A stretch of DNA of 64,000 nt from an uncultured Acidobacteriota bacterium. Its GTDB lineage: Bacteria; Actinomycetota; Acidimicrobiia; Spongiisociales; ZC4RG35. The translations under genes and the position numbers were made by a program. The stretch covers positions 224,001 to 288,000 of the forward strand of contig CAWHEU010000022.1 in the NCBI GenBank assembly GCA_963828465.1, read 5' to 3'. The notes under the pieces are model-generated. The model searched no databases, was not told where the DNA came from, and saw only the letters and a program-made list of their open reading frames with translations. This document shows positions 40,870 to 51,045 of this stretch, piece after piece (position 1 is the stretch's first letter; every line of letters begins with the position of its first letter).

Positions 40870-41048
40870 CTCATCGCAACCTCGCCGAATCAAGTGTCCT
40901 GCGAGTCGGCCGCCGATAAGAGACAGGTTCGGTGCCGATGGCGATCCATTCGCCAGGCCCGACGAGTGAGGTTGCAATGATCGCCGGGTAGGTCACGTGG
41001 ACGAGGGTAACGCTCGGTTCTCACCTGCTCCAGGTACCTTCTGCGGTC

Positions 41049-41603
41049 ATGAAGGTTGTCGACGCTGTCTTCCAGACGGTCCTGGTCATCGAGCCCGACA
41101 TTTTTTCTGACGACCGGGGCATGTTCTATGAGACATACAACAAGCATGAATTTCGCGCGCTCACCGGATATGACGGAGCCTTCGACCAAGACAATCACTC
41201 GACGTCGCGGTACGGCGTGATCCGTGGCATCCACTATCAGCTTCCGAAGCCCCAGGGCAAGCTCGTGAGGTGCATAGAGGGAAAGGTTTGGGATGTAGTT
41301 GTGGATCTCCGGGAGTCCTCACCAACTCTCGGACAATGGTCGGCCTTTGAGTTGAGCGAGGAGAACCTGAGACTATTGTGGATTCCTGAGGGCTTCGGCC
41401 ATGGATTCGCAGTCATGTCTGGGCGCGCCCAGCTCGTCTACAAAGCCACTGAGATGTGGCTGGCGGACTGCGATCGTGCTGTTCGCTGGAACGACGCGGA
41501 GCTCGCAATCGACTGGCCGTTTGGTGAAGAGGCGATCGTCTCGGACAAGGATCGTGCTGCCCCTCTCTTCCAAGAGGCTCTCCTCTTCCCGGGAGTAAGT
41601 TGA
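41049..41603 (+). CDS. rmlC: dTDP-4-dehydrorhamnose 3,5-epimerase
   Basis: Motifs DDRGMFYE, QDNHS, IRGIHYQ and GFGHGF. Confidence 0.95.
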   Translation: MKVVDAVFQTVLVIEPDIFSDDRGMFYETYNKHEFRALTGYDGAFDQDNHSTSRYGVIRGIHYQLPKPQGKLVRCIEGKVWDVVVDLRESSPTLGQWSAFELSEENLRLLWIPEGFGHGFAVMSGRAQLVYKATEMWLADCDRAVRWNDAELAIDWPFGEEAIVSDKDRAAPLFQEALLFPGVS

Positions 41604-41631
41604 TGGCGGCTACTCAGGAGAGGTCGGCACG

Positions 41632-42775
41632 GTGAACGACAAACCGATCCGCTTCAACCAGACAACTATCGAGGGCAACGAACTCGACTACATCCGTGAC
41701 GCTGTCACGCGCGGCCACACGTCATCTGGTGGGCCGTTCACCCAGCGTGTGGCAAGTCTTCTCAATGAGTGGTTCGAAGCCCGAGGTATCATTCTCACCA
41801 CGTCCTGCACGGACGCGCTCGAGATGACGGCGCTGCTCACCGAGGTCGAGCCTGGCGACGAGGTGATCGTTCCAAGCTTCACCTTTGTTTCAACGGCTCT
41901 GGCATTTGCCCGCGTCGGCGCTGATCTGGTGTTCGCGGACATCGAAGATCAGTTCCTCTCGCTCGATCCCGAAGACGGGCTCGCTCATCACGGACCGAAC
42001 GCGCGCCATCGTCACGGTCCATTATGCAGGCATCGCCGGCCCGACTCCTCGCTTGGTGGATTTGGCTTCGGAGCGGATCAGCCTCATCGAGGACAACGCG
42101 CATGGTCTATTCGGACAGACGTCAGAAAAGAAGCTCGGCACTTTCGGGCGGTTCTCGACTCTCTCATTCCACGAGACCAAGAACTTCACATGTGGTGAAG
42201 GTGGCGCATTAATCATCAACGACGAGGTGGACGTGTCACGCGCACACGTCCTCAATGACAAGGGCACAAATCGTAAGGCCTTCTTCGAGGGCCAGGTTGA
42301 CAAATACTCCTGGCAGGACATGGGATCGTCGTTCGGCCTGTCCGACCTTCTCGCCGGTTATCTGTTGGGCCAACTGGAACAGAAAGACAGGGTTCTACAG
42401 CGCCGCAAGGATGTGTTTGACACATATATGGCGGGGTTCGCTCCGCTCCAGAATGAGCTCGGGATCCGGGTGCCAGTCGTGCCGGAAGGCACAGTGCCCG
42501 GTTATCACATGTTCTTCCTCCTGATGCCGACCGCACACTCTCGTCCAACCATCCTCGACGGCTTGCGTGAGCGCGGCGTCCACGCCACCTTCCACTACGT
42601 ACCCTTGCATTCGTCAGTCGGAGGACAGAAGTTCGGGGCACGATCGCGAGACCTGCCGGTGACTGATTCCGTGTCGCAACGCTTGATCAGACTGCCGTTC
42701 CACAACCAGCTGACCGCCGAGGATCTCGACAGGGTGATCACGCTGACGACCGAGGTCATCAGGGAAACGGTGTGA
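41632..42775 (+). CDS. wecE: dTDP-4-amino-4,6-dideoxygalactose transaminase (DegT family); frameshift near 41975
   Basis: Motifs TTSCTDALEM, PSFTFVST, HYAG, SFHETKN (PLP Lys), DKGTNR and FHYVPLH. Confidence 0.8.
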
Positions 42776-43014
42776 GCCGATACATCCTCGGTCTTGCTTA
42801 TCGCCATCAGCGCGACTCGAGTCGTCTTCGCGATGCGCTGAGGTTTGTCAACCGGAGCCCGGCGGGCTCTCAAAACGTACATGGCTGAGAAGGGTCGGGG
42901 CAGCCACGCTGTTGCACGTGTGCGAAATATCCTCTTCGCTCTCCCCGAGCTGCAAGGGAAACGGCCGATCTGCATCGTCATCGTCCGTGCACCTGAGCCG
43001 GGGCAGGATCCATC

Positions 43015-44550
43015 ATGACGGCCAAACCCAATGTCCTGTTTATCACCGGGAATGGTCACGGATTGGGTCACCTCACCCGACAGATGGCCGTTGCCAGGCA
43101 AGCACACGATCGATTCATCCCGATCTTCTTGACTATGTCACAGGGGTTTCCGATAGTTCGAGAGTATGGCTGGGTCGTTGAGTACTTACCCTCATACACG
43201 AGACTTGGCATGGCCAGGGGCGACTGGGATCCGTTGTTCGCATCCCGGCTTTTTGCATTGCTCCAACACACCAAGCCGAGAGCACTGGTCATCGATCACA
43301 TCAGTCCGCCGCCCATCCTTTCGTCTATCAGGGCGGGATGTCAAGGTATCGAGTTCATTTGGTCACGTCGTGCGATGTGGCGAGAGGGGCTCAACATGGG
43401 AGCGATCCGGCGCTCCGGGTATTTCGACATCGTGGTTGAGCCGGGTGACGTGGCCAGCCCGATCGATATCGGGTTGACCACTGAGTATCACGACAACGTG
43501 ACCTATGTGAGACCTATCGTGCTTGTGGGGCGGGGGGAGCACACAGAACGAGCTGAGGCGCGCCGAGCACTGGGGATTCCTCTGGAGGGGAGGGCGGTGC
43601 TGATACAACTGAGCGACGACGATCCTGCGAAGCTGTCAGCTCTCATTGGTCAGGTACGTGACGTCGTGAGATCAGCCGCCGGGGACGAGATCGTTCATCT
43701 CTTCGCGCCACTTCACGCCTTGTACGGAGGAGCCGCCTCAGAGGTGAGCGATGTGATCATGCGCCCCATCTACCCAGTATCTACTCATCTCAAAGCCTTC
43801 GACGGGATCGTATCTACTGCCGGCTACAACTCATTCCACGAGTCCGTCGCCAGTGGACTGCCAGCTGTATTTATCGCACGGGACACGGACTCGCTGGACG
43901 ATCAGTTCCGAAGAGCGAGATTCGCGGAACTGTGTGGGCGGGCCTTCATCGCGCAATCTGCCTTCGACGCAGAGTTCGAGAAAGCCGTTGAACGAATGTT
44001 GTCACCATTCGAGACCAATGTTGCAGCGCGCGTGACGGAGGACTTAGGAGACTTCGAAGGTGCTGAGCAGTTCGCAGACCTGCTCGAAGAGTGTTGTAAA
44101 AGGCAAAATAGTCAGCCCTTTAGTGAGGGTGAGGCAGTGAGACATGAGGATCCTTCGGCTCCGGTTCTTAAGGGTTTACTCTCCGGCCGGAGTCTCAAGG
44201 AAGGGGTCGAAGGCGACGCAGACACGGTGGTAATTGTTGCTCTGGGATACGACCAACTCACCTTCGAACGCCTGACCAATCAGATCGACGTAATGCAGGA
44301 GAGCACGAAGAGTTTCAGACCGGTGTTTCTTGTTGACGACGTCGACACTCGTTCGCTTGACGATTGCAGATTCCTCTATGAGACCATTATGGCCCCCTCG
44401 GCTTATGCGATGGTTGGATCAAGAAGTTATGAAGCCTACGTGGAAGACTCCATCGAAGGACTCAGGTTCCGTTACCAACCTATCAGACTCATAACTCTGG
44501 CCCCTGACCGCATGGTGAATGCCAGTATGGTGCTGGGGAAGGAAGTGTAA
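43015..44550 (+). CDS. GT-B glycosyltransferase (MurG/GT28-like C-terminal domain)
   Basis: Motifs NGHGLGHLTR, AGYNSFHE and DDQ..RA. Confidence 0.78.
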   Translation: MTAKPNVLFITGNGHGLGHLTRQMAVARQAHDRFIPIFLTMSQGFPIVREYGWVVEYLPSYTRLGMARGDWDPLFASRLFALLQHTKPRALVIDHISPPPILSSIRAGCQGIEFIWSRRAMWREGLNMGAIRRSGYFDIVVEPGDVASPIDIGLTTEYHDNVTYVRPIVLVGRGEHTERAEARRALGIPLEGRAVLIQLSDDDPAKLSALIGQVRDVVRSAAGDEIVHLFAPLHALYGGAASEVSDVIMRPIYPVSTHLKAFDGIVSTAGYNSFHESVASGLPAVFIARDTDSLDDQFRRARFAELCGRAFIAQSAFDAEFEKAVERMLSPFETNVAARVTEDLGDFEGAEQFADLLEECCKRQNSQPFSEGEAVRHEDPSAPVLKGLLSGRSLKEGVEGDADTVVIVALGYDQLTFERLTNQIDVMQESTKSFRPVFLVDDVDTRSLDDCRFLYETIMAPSAYAMVGSRSYEAYVEDSIEGLRFRYQPIRLITLAPDRMVNASMVLGKEV

Positions 44551-44551
44551 G

Positions 44552-45742
44552 TTGACGATCGGGAAACGAAAATGGATCGCTGTGGGCTTGGGCGTTGTCG
44601 CCTTGGCTCTGGCTGTGGGGGCATGGTATTTCGGAGGAACCGACGCCCTGCTCGCTGTAGCTCTCGCCGCGATTGTTGTCGGAGCCGCAGTCGTCACATA
44701 CACCGTCGTTCAGACCGAGCGCCGGCTTCGCCAGGATCTTCGACGCGAGATTCAACGGAACGTGGCCTGGTCACACACCGCGCTTCAACAGCGTTTCGAC
44801 CAGACCCGTGAGGAACTGAGGCGCGAACTCAGGGGGCAGCTCAGGAACGAGCTCAAGCGAGAAATCAAGGAGGGGCTAAAGAGGGAGAGCGCCGAACTCA
44901 GGAACGGCGTCCAGGGGACGTTGTCACGTTTCGAGGCAAGCGTGATGGCTGAGCTGGAAAGGAAGCTGGAACGTCCAGGTGAACAGGCCGAAGCGTTGCT
45001 TCGAGCGGTCAAGGCAGGATATACGCGATTGGAACTCGAACAGGAGCGTCAATTATCGAGCCAAGGTCGTCGCCTGGATGGCGTTCGCCGGACAATGGTG
45101 CGCCACTTCAAGCATTCACCCGCTGAGATCGATGCACTGCTTCAGGTGCACCGTCGGACAGAACTGGACGATCCAGTTCCCCTCATGGGAGGGTGGGCAT
45201 TGTCCCCTCGCGGGATGCTTCAAGCTATCGACCTAGTCATACGGCCTGAGGTGTCATTGGTCGTCGAGTGTGGCTCTGGGTCGTCAACGCTGTTTTTGGC
45301 CAGGGCCCTTCAACTCAAAGGCTCTGGGAGACTGATCGCGTTCGAGCACCTAGCCGAATACTCAGAGAGAACTGCTCTGGCGCTCAAGCAGCACGGGCTT
45401 GAAGGTGTTGCTGAGGTCCGCCTCGCTCCACTCGAGGAAGTGGAGCTGGATGAGAACTCCTACATGTGGTATGCCGAATCCAGCATCGACGATCTGAGCG
45501 ACATAGATGTGCTGATCGTTGACGGGCCCCCTGGTTCAACTGGGAACTGGGCCAGGTATCCAGCATACCCATTGCTCCGCGACAGGCTGGCACCTAGTGC
45601 GCGGATTCTTGTTGATGATTTACAGCGAACTGAGGAGAGATCGGTCGTGGATGCCTGGATTGAGCTCGGAGGATTATCTGAAATGGCGGCTCATAGCCAG
45701 GATCAGGCGATCCTTCGGCGCGACGCATCCGGGGATCGATAA
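44552..45742 (+). CDS. Membrane-anchored coiled-coil SAM methyltransferase
   Basis: Two N-terminal TM helices, a long coiled coil, then GWALSP, VECGSGSST, VDGPPG and VDD. TTG start inferred. Confidence 0.82.
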   Translation: MTIGKRKWIAVGLGVVALALAVGAWYFGGTDALLAVALAAIVVGAAVVTYTVVQTERRLRQDLRREIQRNVAWSHTALQQRFDQTREELRRELRGQLRNELKREIKEGLKRESAELRNGVQGTLSRFEASVMAELERKLERPGEQAEALLRAVKAGYTRLELEQERQLSSQGRRLDGVRRTMVRHFKHSPAEIDALLQVHRRTELDDPVPLMGGWALSPRGMLQAIDLVIRPEVSLVVECGSGSSTLFLARALQLKGSGRLIAFEHLAEYSERTALALKQHGLEGVAEVRLAPLEEVELDENSYMWYAESSIDDLSDIDVLIVDGPPGSTGNWARYPAYPLLRDRLAPSARILVDDLQRTEERSVVDAWIELGGLSEMAAHSQDQAILRRDASGDR

Positions 45743-45762
45743 GCGTTGGGGCCTGCCAACCG

Positions 45763-47404
45763 TTAAGTGAGAAGCCCGTCCTCTATTTGCGGGTGTTCGT
45801 TTAGCCATGAGGCGTATGCGTGTGCTGCGAGGATTCCGCGGCTGGGACCCGTATGTCTCATGGCCTCAGCGAGCCCGCCCATGTCAGCCGTCATAAATAT
45901 TTGTCTGAGGCGTGGACCCAGGAGTTCTATGGCCGGGTCAACGCGTGCAATCGTGTTAGCGACCTGCTTGAGAGTCATCGAGTGATACGCCGCCGTCTGC
46001 TCCTTCATCTCGGATTTAACCTGTTCGTCGTTGGTGGATGGAATAAGTCCGAGATCTGCGTCCACCAATGAAATGAGCCGGCGGTAGAACTCTGCCCCTC
46101 GCACACGGTGGACTTGAGGACTCAACGCAGCGGTTATGGAGTCACGGCTCAGGAACGGCAGGAACACCCTGACTTCAGGCCCGAACAGCCGCATCGGGGA
46201 CAAAGAGATTCCTCTCGCTGTTCGAGTCAGAAGGATTGCCAGTGTCTGCCAGTTTGGTGAATCTGTGCATGGAGCAATCGCCTTGTCAAAGTCGTCAAAG
46301 GCGATTGCATTGAACATCGCCCTCGCCGCACCGCTCCACACATCCTCTTGGAGTGCGCTCCGACCGCCTAGGCGTTGCCAGAGTGCATAACGTGCGTTCA
46401 AGTCTTGTCCGGACTGATCGTCGTCGGGAACCTGCAACAGACCCTTCAGCAAGATATCGCCTCCGAGGCCGTCGACGATCGGGTGTTTTTGTTTGCGGAT
46501 ACCCGATGCCAGCGGCTCTAACCAAGGATGCAGCCAAGTCGCGTGGTGAAATCTCCTGAGGGCAGTCAGTAGCTCGAAACGCTGTTGACTCAGAGTCGGC
46601 GTTGTTTCTCGGTGCTCGGATCCTAAGTGTTCTGCCACAGTTCTGGCTATTGACGCGTCTGTGTCCACAGCCAGATGTTTCTTGGTCGTCCAAGTTTGCA
46701 CACGTCTACGCCGCCGACTGGCAAGTGCAGCCAGCAACCTTGAATCCCAACCCCCGCTGAGCGTGTACACGGGATTGCTCTCTGACCGTCCTGGGAGGGA
46801 AGATCGAATAGCGGAGATCAGCATGCGGGGGCTACCTCCGGCATCCCCTTCAGGGGGAGACCCGCGTTCCAGTCGGACCGAACCGTTTGACACGAGTGCC
46901 GAGGAGCACGCTGGGAGGCTCTTTATTTCCTCGAACTGGGATCGACCCGGTGTTGGGAAACCCAGGAGGATGATCGACGCCCAAGCGCTGACGTCGGTGC
47001 GAGAGGCACCGGAAACCTTGACCAGCAGGGGCATCCAGTTTGAAAACCAAACCGTCCCCTCGTGCTCGACGTAGTAGAGCTCGTGCGCGCCAAGCCTGTC
47101 GTTGTGAAGTATGACCCCGCTGTGCAAGGTTGGCAATGCCCGGCGCCATAGCGTCGTCCTGGACGTCGTCCCAAGACCGAGGCCGTGCGATGTCACTGAT
47201 CGGACTCCAATACCAACCTCGCGTGGACCCCGAGTGCCAGGTCTTGAGCTTCTGATTGCTCATGATGGCGAGCTGATCGGTGTCAACCGTGACTCTAAGA
47301 TCCGGTGCGAGGTCGGACGCCCCACCTCGGGCCGATCTCGGACCAATAACTCCGAAGACGAGGGGTTCCGCATCGAATGTGATTTCGGTGGACAAGTTTG
47401 TCAT
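45763..47404 (-). CDS. Asparagine-synthetase-like ATP-dependent amide ligase; frameshift near 47190
   Basis: DRLG..LYY, PP-loop LSGGWDSR, DGLGGD and LPFL. The N-terminus is in ORF 46850..47404. Confidence 0.7.
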
Positions 47405-47529
47405 TCCAGCATCTCAACTATGTGGTGCCACAAGTGCCCATTCTTGATGACAGTCGTGCGCCCCGGCCCGACAAGCAGCTCGGCGCTCCGTACTTGCGGG
47501 ACGCAGAAGTCTTCGCATAGGTTGAACCG

Positions 47530-48502
47530 GTGCCACGCAAATACCTGGTGACCGGTGGAGCCGGATTCATCGGATCGAACTTCGTCCGCCACGTCCTCGA
47601 CAACGAGCCGGGAGCGGAGGTGACCAACCTCGACCTCTTGACCTACGCCGGGGTCAAGACGACCGTCGATGAGCTGGACGCCTACACGGGGCATCGTTTC
47701 GTTCTGGGCGATATCCGTGACGCCGATCTCGTGGAGCTCGCTCATGGAGGGGGTCGACGTGGTGGTCCACTTCGCCGCCGAGAGCCATGTCGACCGTTCC
47801 ATCACCGGGCCCTCGGTGTTCCTCGACACCAACGTGGTGGGCACCGGGGTTCTCCTCGATGCCGCCGCCCGGAATCGGATGCCACGCTTCATCCACGTCT
47901 CCACCGACGAGGTGTACGGGTCGGTGGCCGACGGATTCGCCCCCGAGACGGCCCTTCTCGACCCTTCCTCTCCCTACTCGGCGTCGAAGGCCGGGAGTGA
48001 CCTGATCGCCCTCTCCTACCGGGTCACTTTCGACTACCCGGTGATCGTCACCCGTTGCACCAACAACTACGGGCCGTATCAGTTCCCGGAGAAGGTGATC
48101 CCGCTCTTCGTGACCAATCTCCTCGACGGGCACAAGGTGCCGGTGTATGGCACGGGCTCGAACGAGCGAGACTGGCTGTACGTCGGCGACCATTGCTCCG
48201 CCCTGCACCTCCTGGTCGACGAGGGGCAGCCCGGGGAGATCTACAACATCGGGGCAAACGCCCAAATGTCCAACATCGACCTGACCCGGCGCCTTCTCGA
48301 GATCATGGGCAAGGACGAGACGTCGATCGAGTACGTCGAGGACCGAAAGGGCCACGACCTGAGGTATGCGGTCGACTCATCGAAGATCCGTGCTCTTGGC
48401 TGGGCGCCGGCCCACTCCTTCGAGGAGCGGCTTGCCGACACGGTGGAGTGGTATCGGAGTCGCGACGACTGGTGGCGGCCGTTGAAGCAGGCCGTCTCAT
48501 GA
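47530..48502 (+). CDS. rmlB: dTDP-glucose 4,6-dehydratase; frameshift near 47735
   Basis: Motifs [27 protein letters not shown] and YSASK. Confidence 0.93.
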
Positions 48503-49374
48503 AAGGGATCGTGCTCGCCGGAGGGGCCGGGACCCGGCTCGACCCGATGACCCGAGTGGCGAGCAAGCAGCTGCAACCGGTCTACGACAAGCCGATGATC
48601 TACTACCCGCTGGCCACTCTCATGGAAGCCGGCATCTCGGAGATCCTGATCATCTCCACACCGACGGACACACCCAGGTTCGAAGAGCTGCTGGGAGACG
48701 GATCTCCCTGGGGGCTGTCGATCGAGTACGCCGTGCAGGAGAAGCCCGGCGGAATCGCCCAGGCATTCCTCGTCGGCGAGAGCTTCGTCGGTGACGAGCC
48801 CGTCGCGTTGATCCTCGGAGACAACATCTTTCACGGCGCCCTCGGGCTGGCCGAGATCGTCGGTGCATTCACCGAGGGAGCCATGGTCTTCGGGTACCCG
48901 GTCTCCGATCCGCTCCGATACGGCGTCGTCGAGCTGGCCGCTGACGGGAAGGTGCTCTCCCTCGAGGAGAAGCCGGAACGCCCAAAGTCCAATCTCGCCG
49001 TGCCCGGCTTCTATCTCTATGACGGGCGGGTCGTCGAGATGACCAAGGGTCTTCGCCCCTCGGCTCGGGGTGAGCTCGAGATCACCGATCTGAACCGGGC
49101 CTATATGGAGGAGGGGAGTCTGCGCGCCGTGCGACTGGGGCGGGGGATCGCCTGGCTCGACAGCGGGACCCACGACTCGCTGCTCGAAGCGGCCAATTTC
49201 ATCGCCACCATCGAGCACAGGCAGGGTCTCAAGATCGCCTGTCTCGAGGAGATCGCCCTTCAACAGGGTCTGGTGACCGCTGAGGAGATGAAGGCCACTT
49301 TGGCCGCCATGCCCAACTCCACATACCGGGACTACGTGGCCGGAGTGCTCGAGGAGCACCGATCGGCCCAATAG
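48499..49374 (+). CDS. rmlA: Glucose-1-phosphate thymidylyltransferase
   Basis: Motifs [32 protein letters not shown] and WLDSG. Confidence 0.96.
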   Translation: MKGIVLAGGAGTRLDPMTRVASKQLQPVYDKPMIYYPLATLMEAGISEILIISTPTDTPRFEELLGDGSPWGLSIEYAVQEKPGGIAQAFLVGESFVGDEPVALILGDNIFHGALGLAEIVGAFTEGAMVFGYPVSDPLRYGVVELAADGKVLSLEEKPERPKSNLAVPGFYLYDGRVVEMTKGLRPSARGELEITDLNRAYMEEGSLRAVRLGRGIAWLDSGTHDSLLEAANFIATIEHRQGLKIACLEEIALQQGLVTAEEMKATLAAMPNSTYRDYVAGVLEEHRSAQ

Positions 49375-50201
49375 CGATTCTCGGCAGCGGGGGTCAGCTG
49401 GGGACTGCCTTCGCCCGTCTCCTCGGCGAGGATGCGATTGGGCTCTCACGAGCTGACCTGGATCTAGCCCGACCCGAAGACATAGCCCCGACCCTCGATG
49501 CGCTCGACCCTGCGACAGTGATCAACTGTGCCGCCTACACCGCCGTCGACCGAGCTGAGGAAGAAGAGGATCTGGCCACCGTGATCAACACGGTGGCAGT
49601 AGAGGTGCTTGCCGAGTGGGCCTCGCTCCGCTCCCGTCCTCTGCTCACCTTCTCCACCGATTATGTCTTCGACGGGGCCGCAGACTGGCCGTACGTCGAG
49701 TCGTCTTCGACAAACCCGATCAACGCCTACGGGCGATCCAAGGTGCTCGGCGAATCCCTGGCCGCAGGCCACGGGGCTCTCGTGGTGCGGACGTCATGGG
49801 TGATCTCGGGCAGCCACCCCAACTTCGTCGCCACCATCCTCCGGAAGGTGAGAGAGCAGGAGCTGCGGGTGGTGGACGACCAGCGGGGCAACCCCACGGT
49901 GGCTACCGATCTCGCCCGGGCCAGCTATGCCGCGCTGAAGTCTGGAGCAGCTGGCCTGCTCCACCTCACCAACCAGGGGGAGACCACGTGGTACGAGCTG
50001 GCCAGGACCAGTGTCGGGCTAGCCGATCTCGACCCCTCCAGGATCTCGCCGTGTGAGACCCGGGACTACCCGACCCCAGCCCGCCGGCCGACGTATTCGG
50101 TCCTCGCATCGGAACGGCTCGAGGAGATCGGGCTCGATCCGCTTCCCCACTGGCGCGAATCGATCGGGGAGCTCGTGGTCGAGCTCAAGACCTGGGTCTG
50201 A
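49371..50201 (+). CDS. rmlD: dTDP-4-dehydrorhamnose reductase; start codon uncertain
   Basis: In-frame [11 protein letters not shown] from 49371, then AAYTAVD, STDYVF, YGRSK, DQRGNPT and RP. Confidence 0.9.
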   Translation: MAILGSGGQLGTAFARLLGEDAIGLSRADLDLARPEDIAPTLDALDPATVINCAAYTAVDRAEEEEDLATVINTVAVEVLAEWASLRSRPLLTFSTDYVFDGAADWPYVESSSTNPINAYGRSKVLGESLAAGHGALVVRTSWVISGSHPNFVATILRKVREQELRVVDDQRGNPTVATDLARASYAALKSGAAGLLHLTNQGETTWYELARTSVGLADLDPSRISPCETRDYPTPARRPTYSVLASERLEEIGLDPLPHWRESIGELVVELKTWV

Positions 50202-51045
50202 GCCAGGACCTGGTCGAGGCGCTCTCGACCTCCTTCATCAGGGTCGCCGCCTCGTCGCGGGCCGCCACCATCCTCCGAATCCAAGCCACCGCTGTTCTGG
50301 CTCGCGCCAGGTTGCGGAGATAGTCCTCGCGGCCGACCGTGTCCAGCATCGGCCCGTCGGGCCCGGCGTCCCAGCGGTCGAGAAATCGTTCGAGATTCTT
50401 CCGGTACAGCGCCGTCAGACCGGGCACCTCCTTCATGCTGGCCTGGGAGGCATGCTCCACGAGGACTCTGCTGTCGACAACCACGTCGAGGCCATGGGCC
50501 CAGACGGTGAAGGCCAGGTCGAGATCCTCCCCGCTGGCTCGCTCATATGCCTCGTTCCAGCCGCCCAACGCCGTCCATCTGGGATCTCCTCAACACCACC
50601 ACGACGCCACTGGGGAACTCGCCAAAGGGAAGCAAGGTCTCGACGGTTTCGCCGGGCTCGTTCCTGACCGTCACCGGGTTGCCTGCCGCGGTTACCGCCG
50701 GCAGCACCATCCCGGTCTGCAGCTGCGTGTCGAGTATTTCGGTGAGCGAGACATCCCATCCCGCGGGCAGAACCGTGTCGTTGTTGACGAAGGCCACATA
50801 GGTACCGGTGGCTACGGCCAGCCCTGAGTTGTTCCCGGCGGCAAACCCGAGATTGTCCGAGTTGATCACAGCCTTGTCGGCCGCCGCAGCGGCATATTCG
50901 GCGCCGCCGTCGGTCGAGCCGTTGTCAACGATGATCAACTCGTAGTCGACGAGGTGTTCCCGAACGGATCGAGTCGCACACAGCGGCTGGTCAGCTCCAG
51001 CTGATTCCAGGCGAAGACGACAACGGAGAGATTGGGAGTCTTCAC
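50185..51045 (-). CDS. GT2 glycosyltransferase, with at least two frameshifts
   Basis: SVVVFAWN from GTG 51045, then IVDNGSTDG, NLGFAAGNN, FVNND and GEDLDL in successive frames. Confidence 0.78.
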
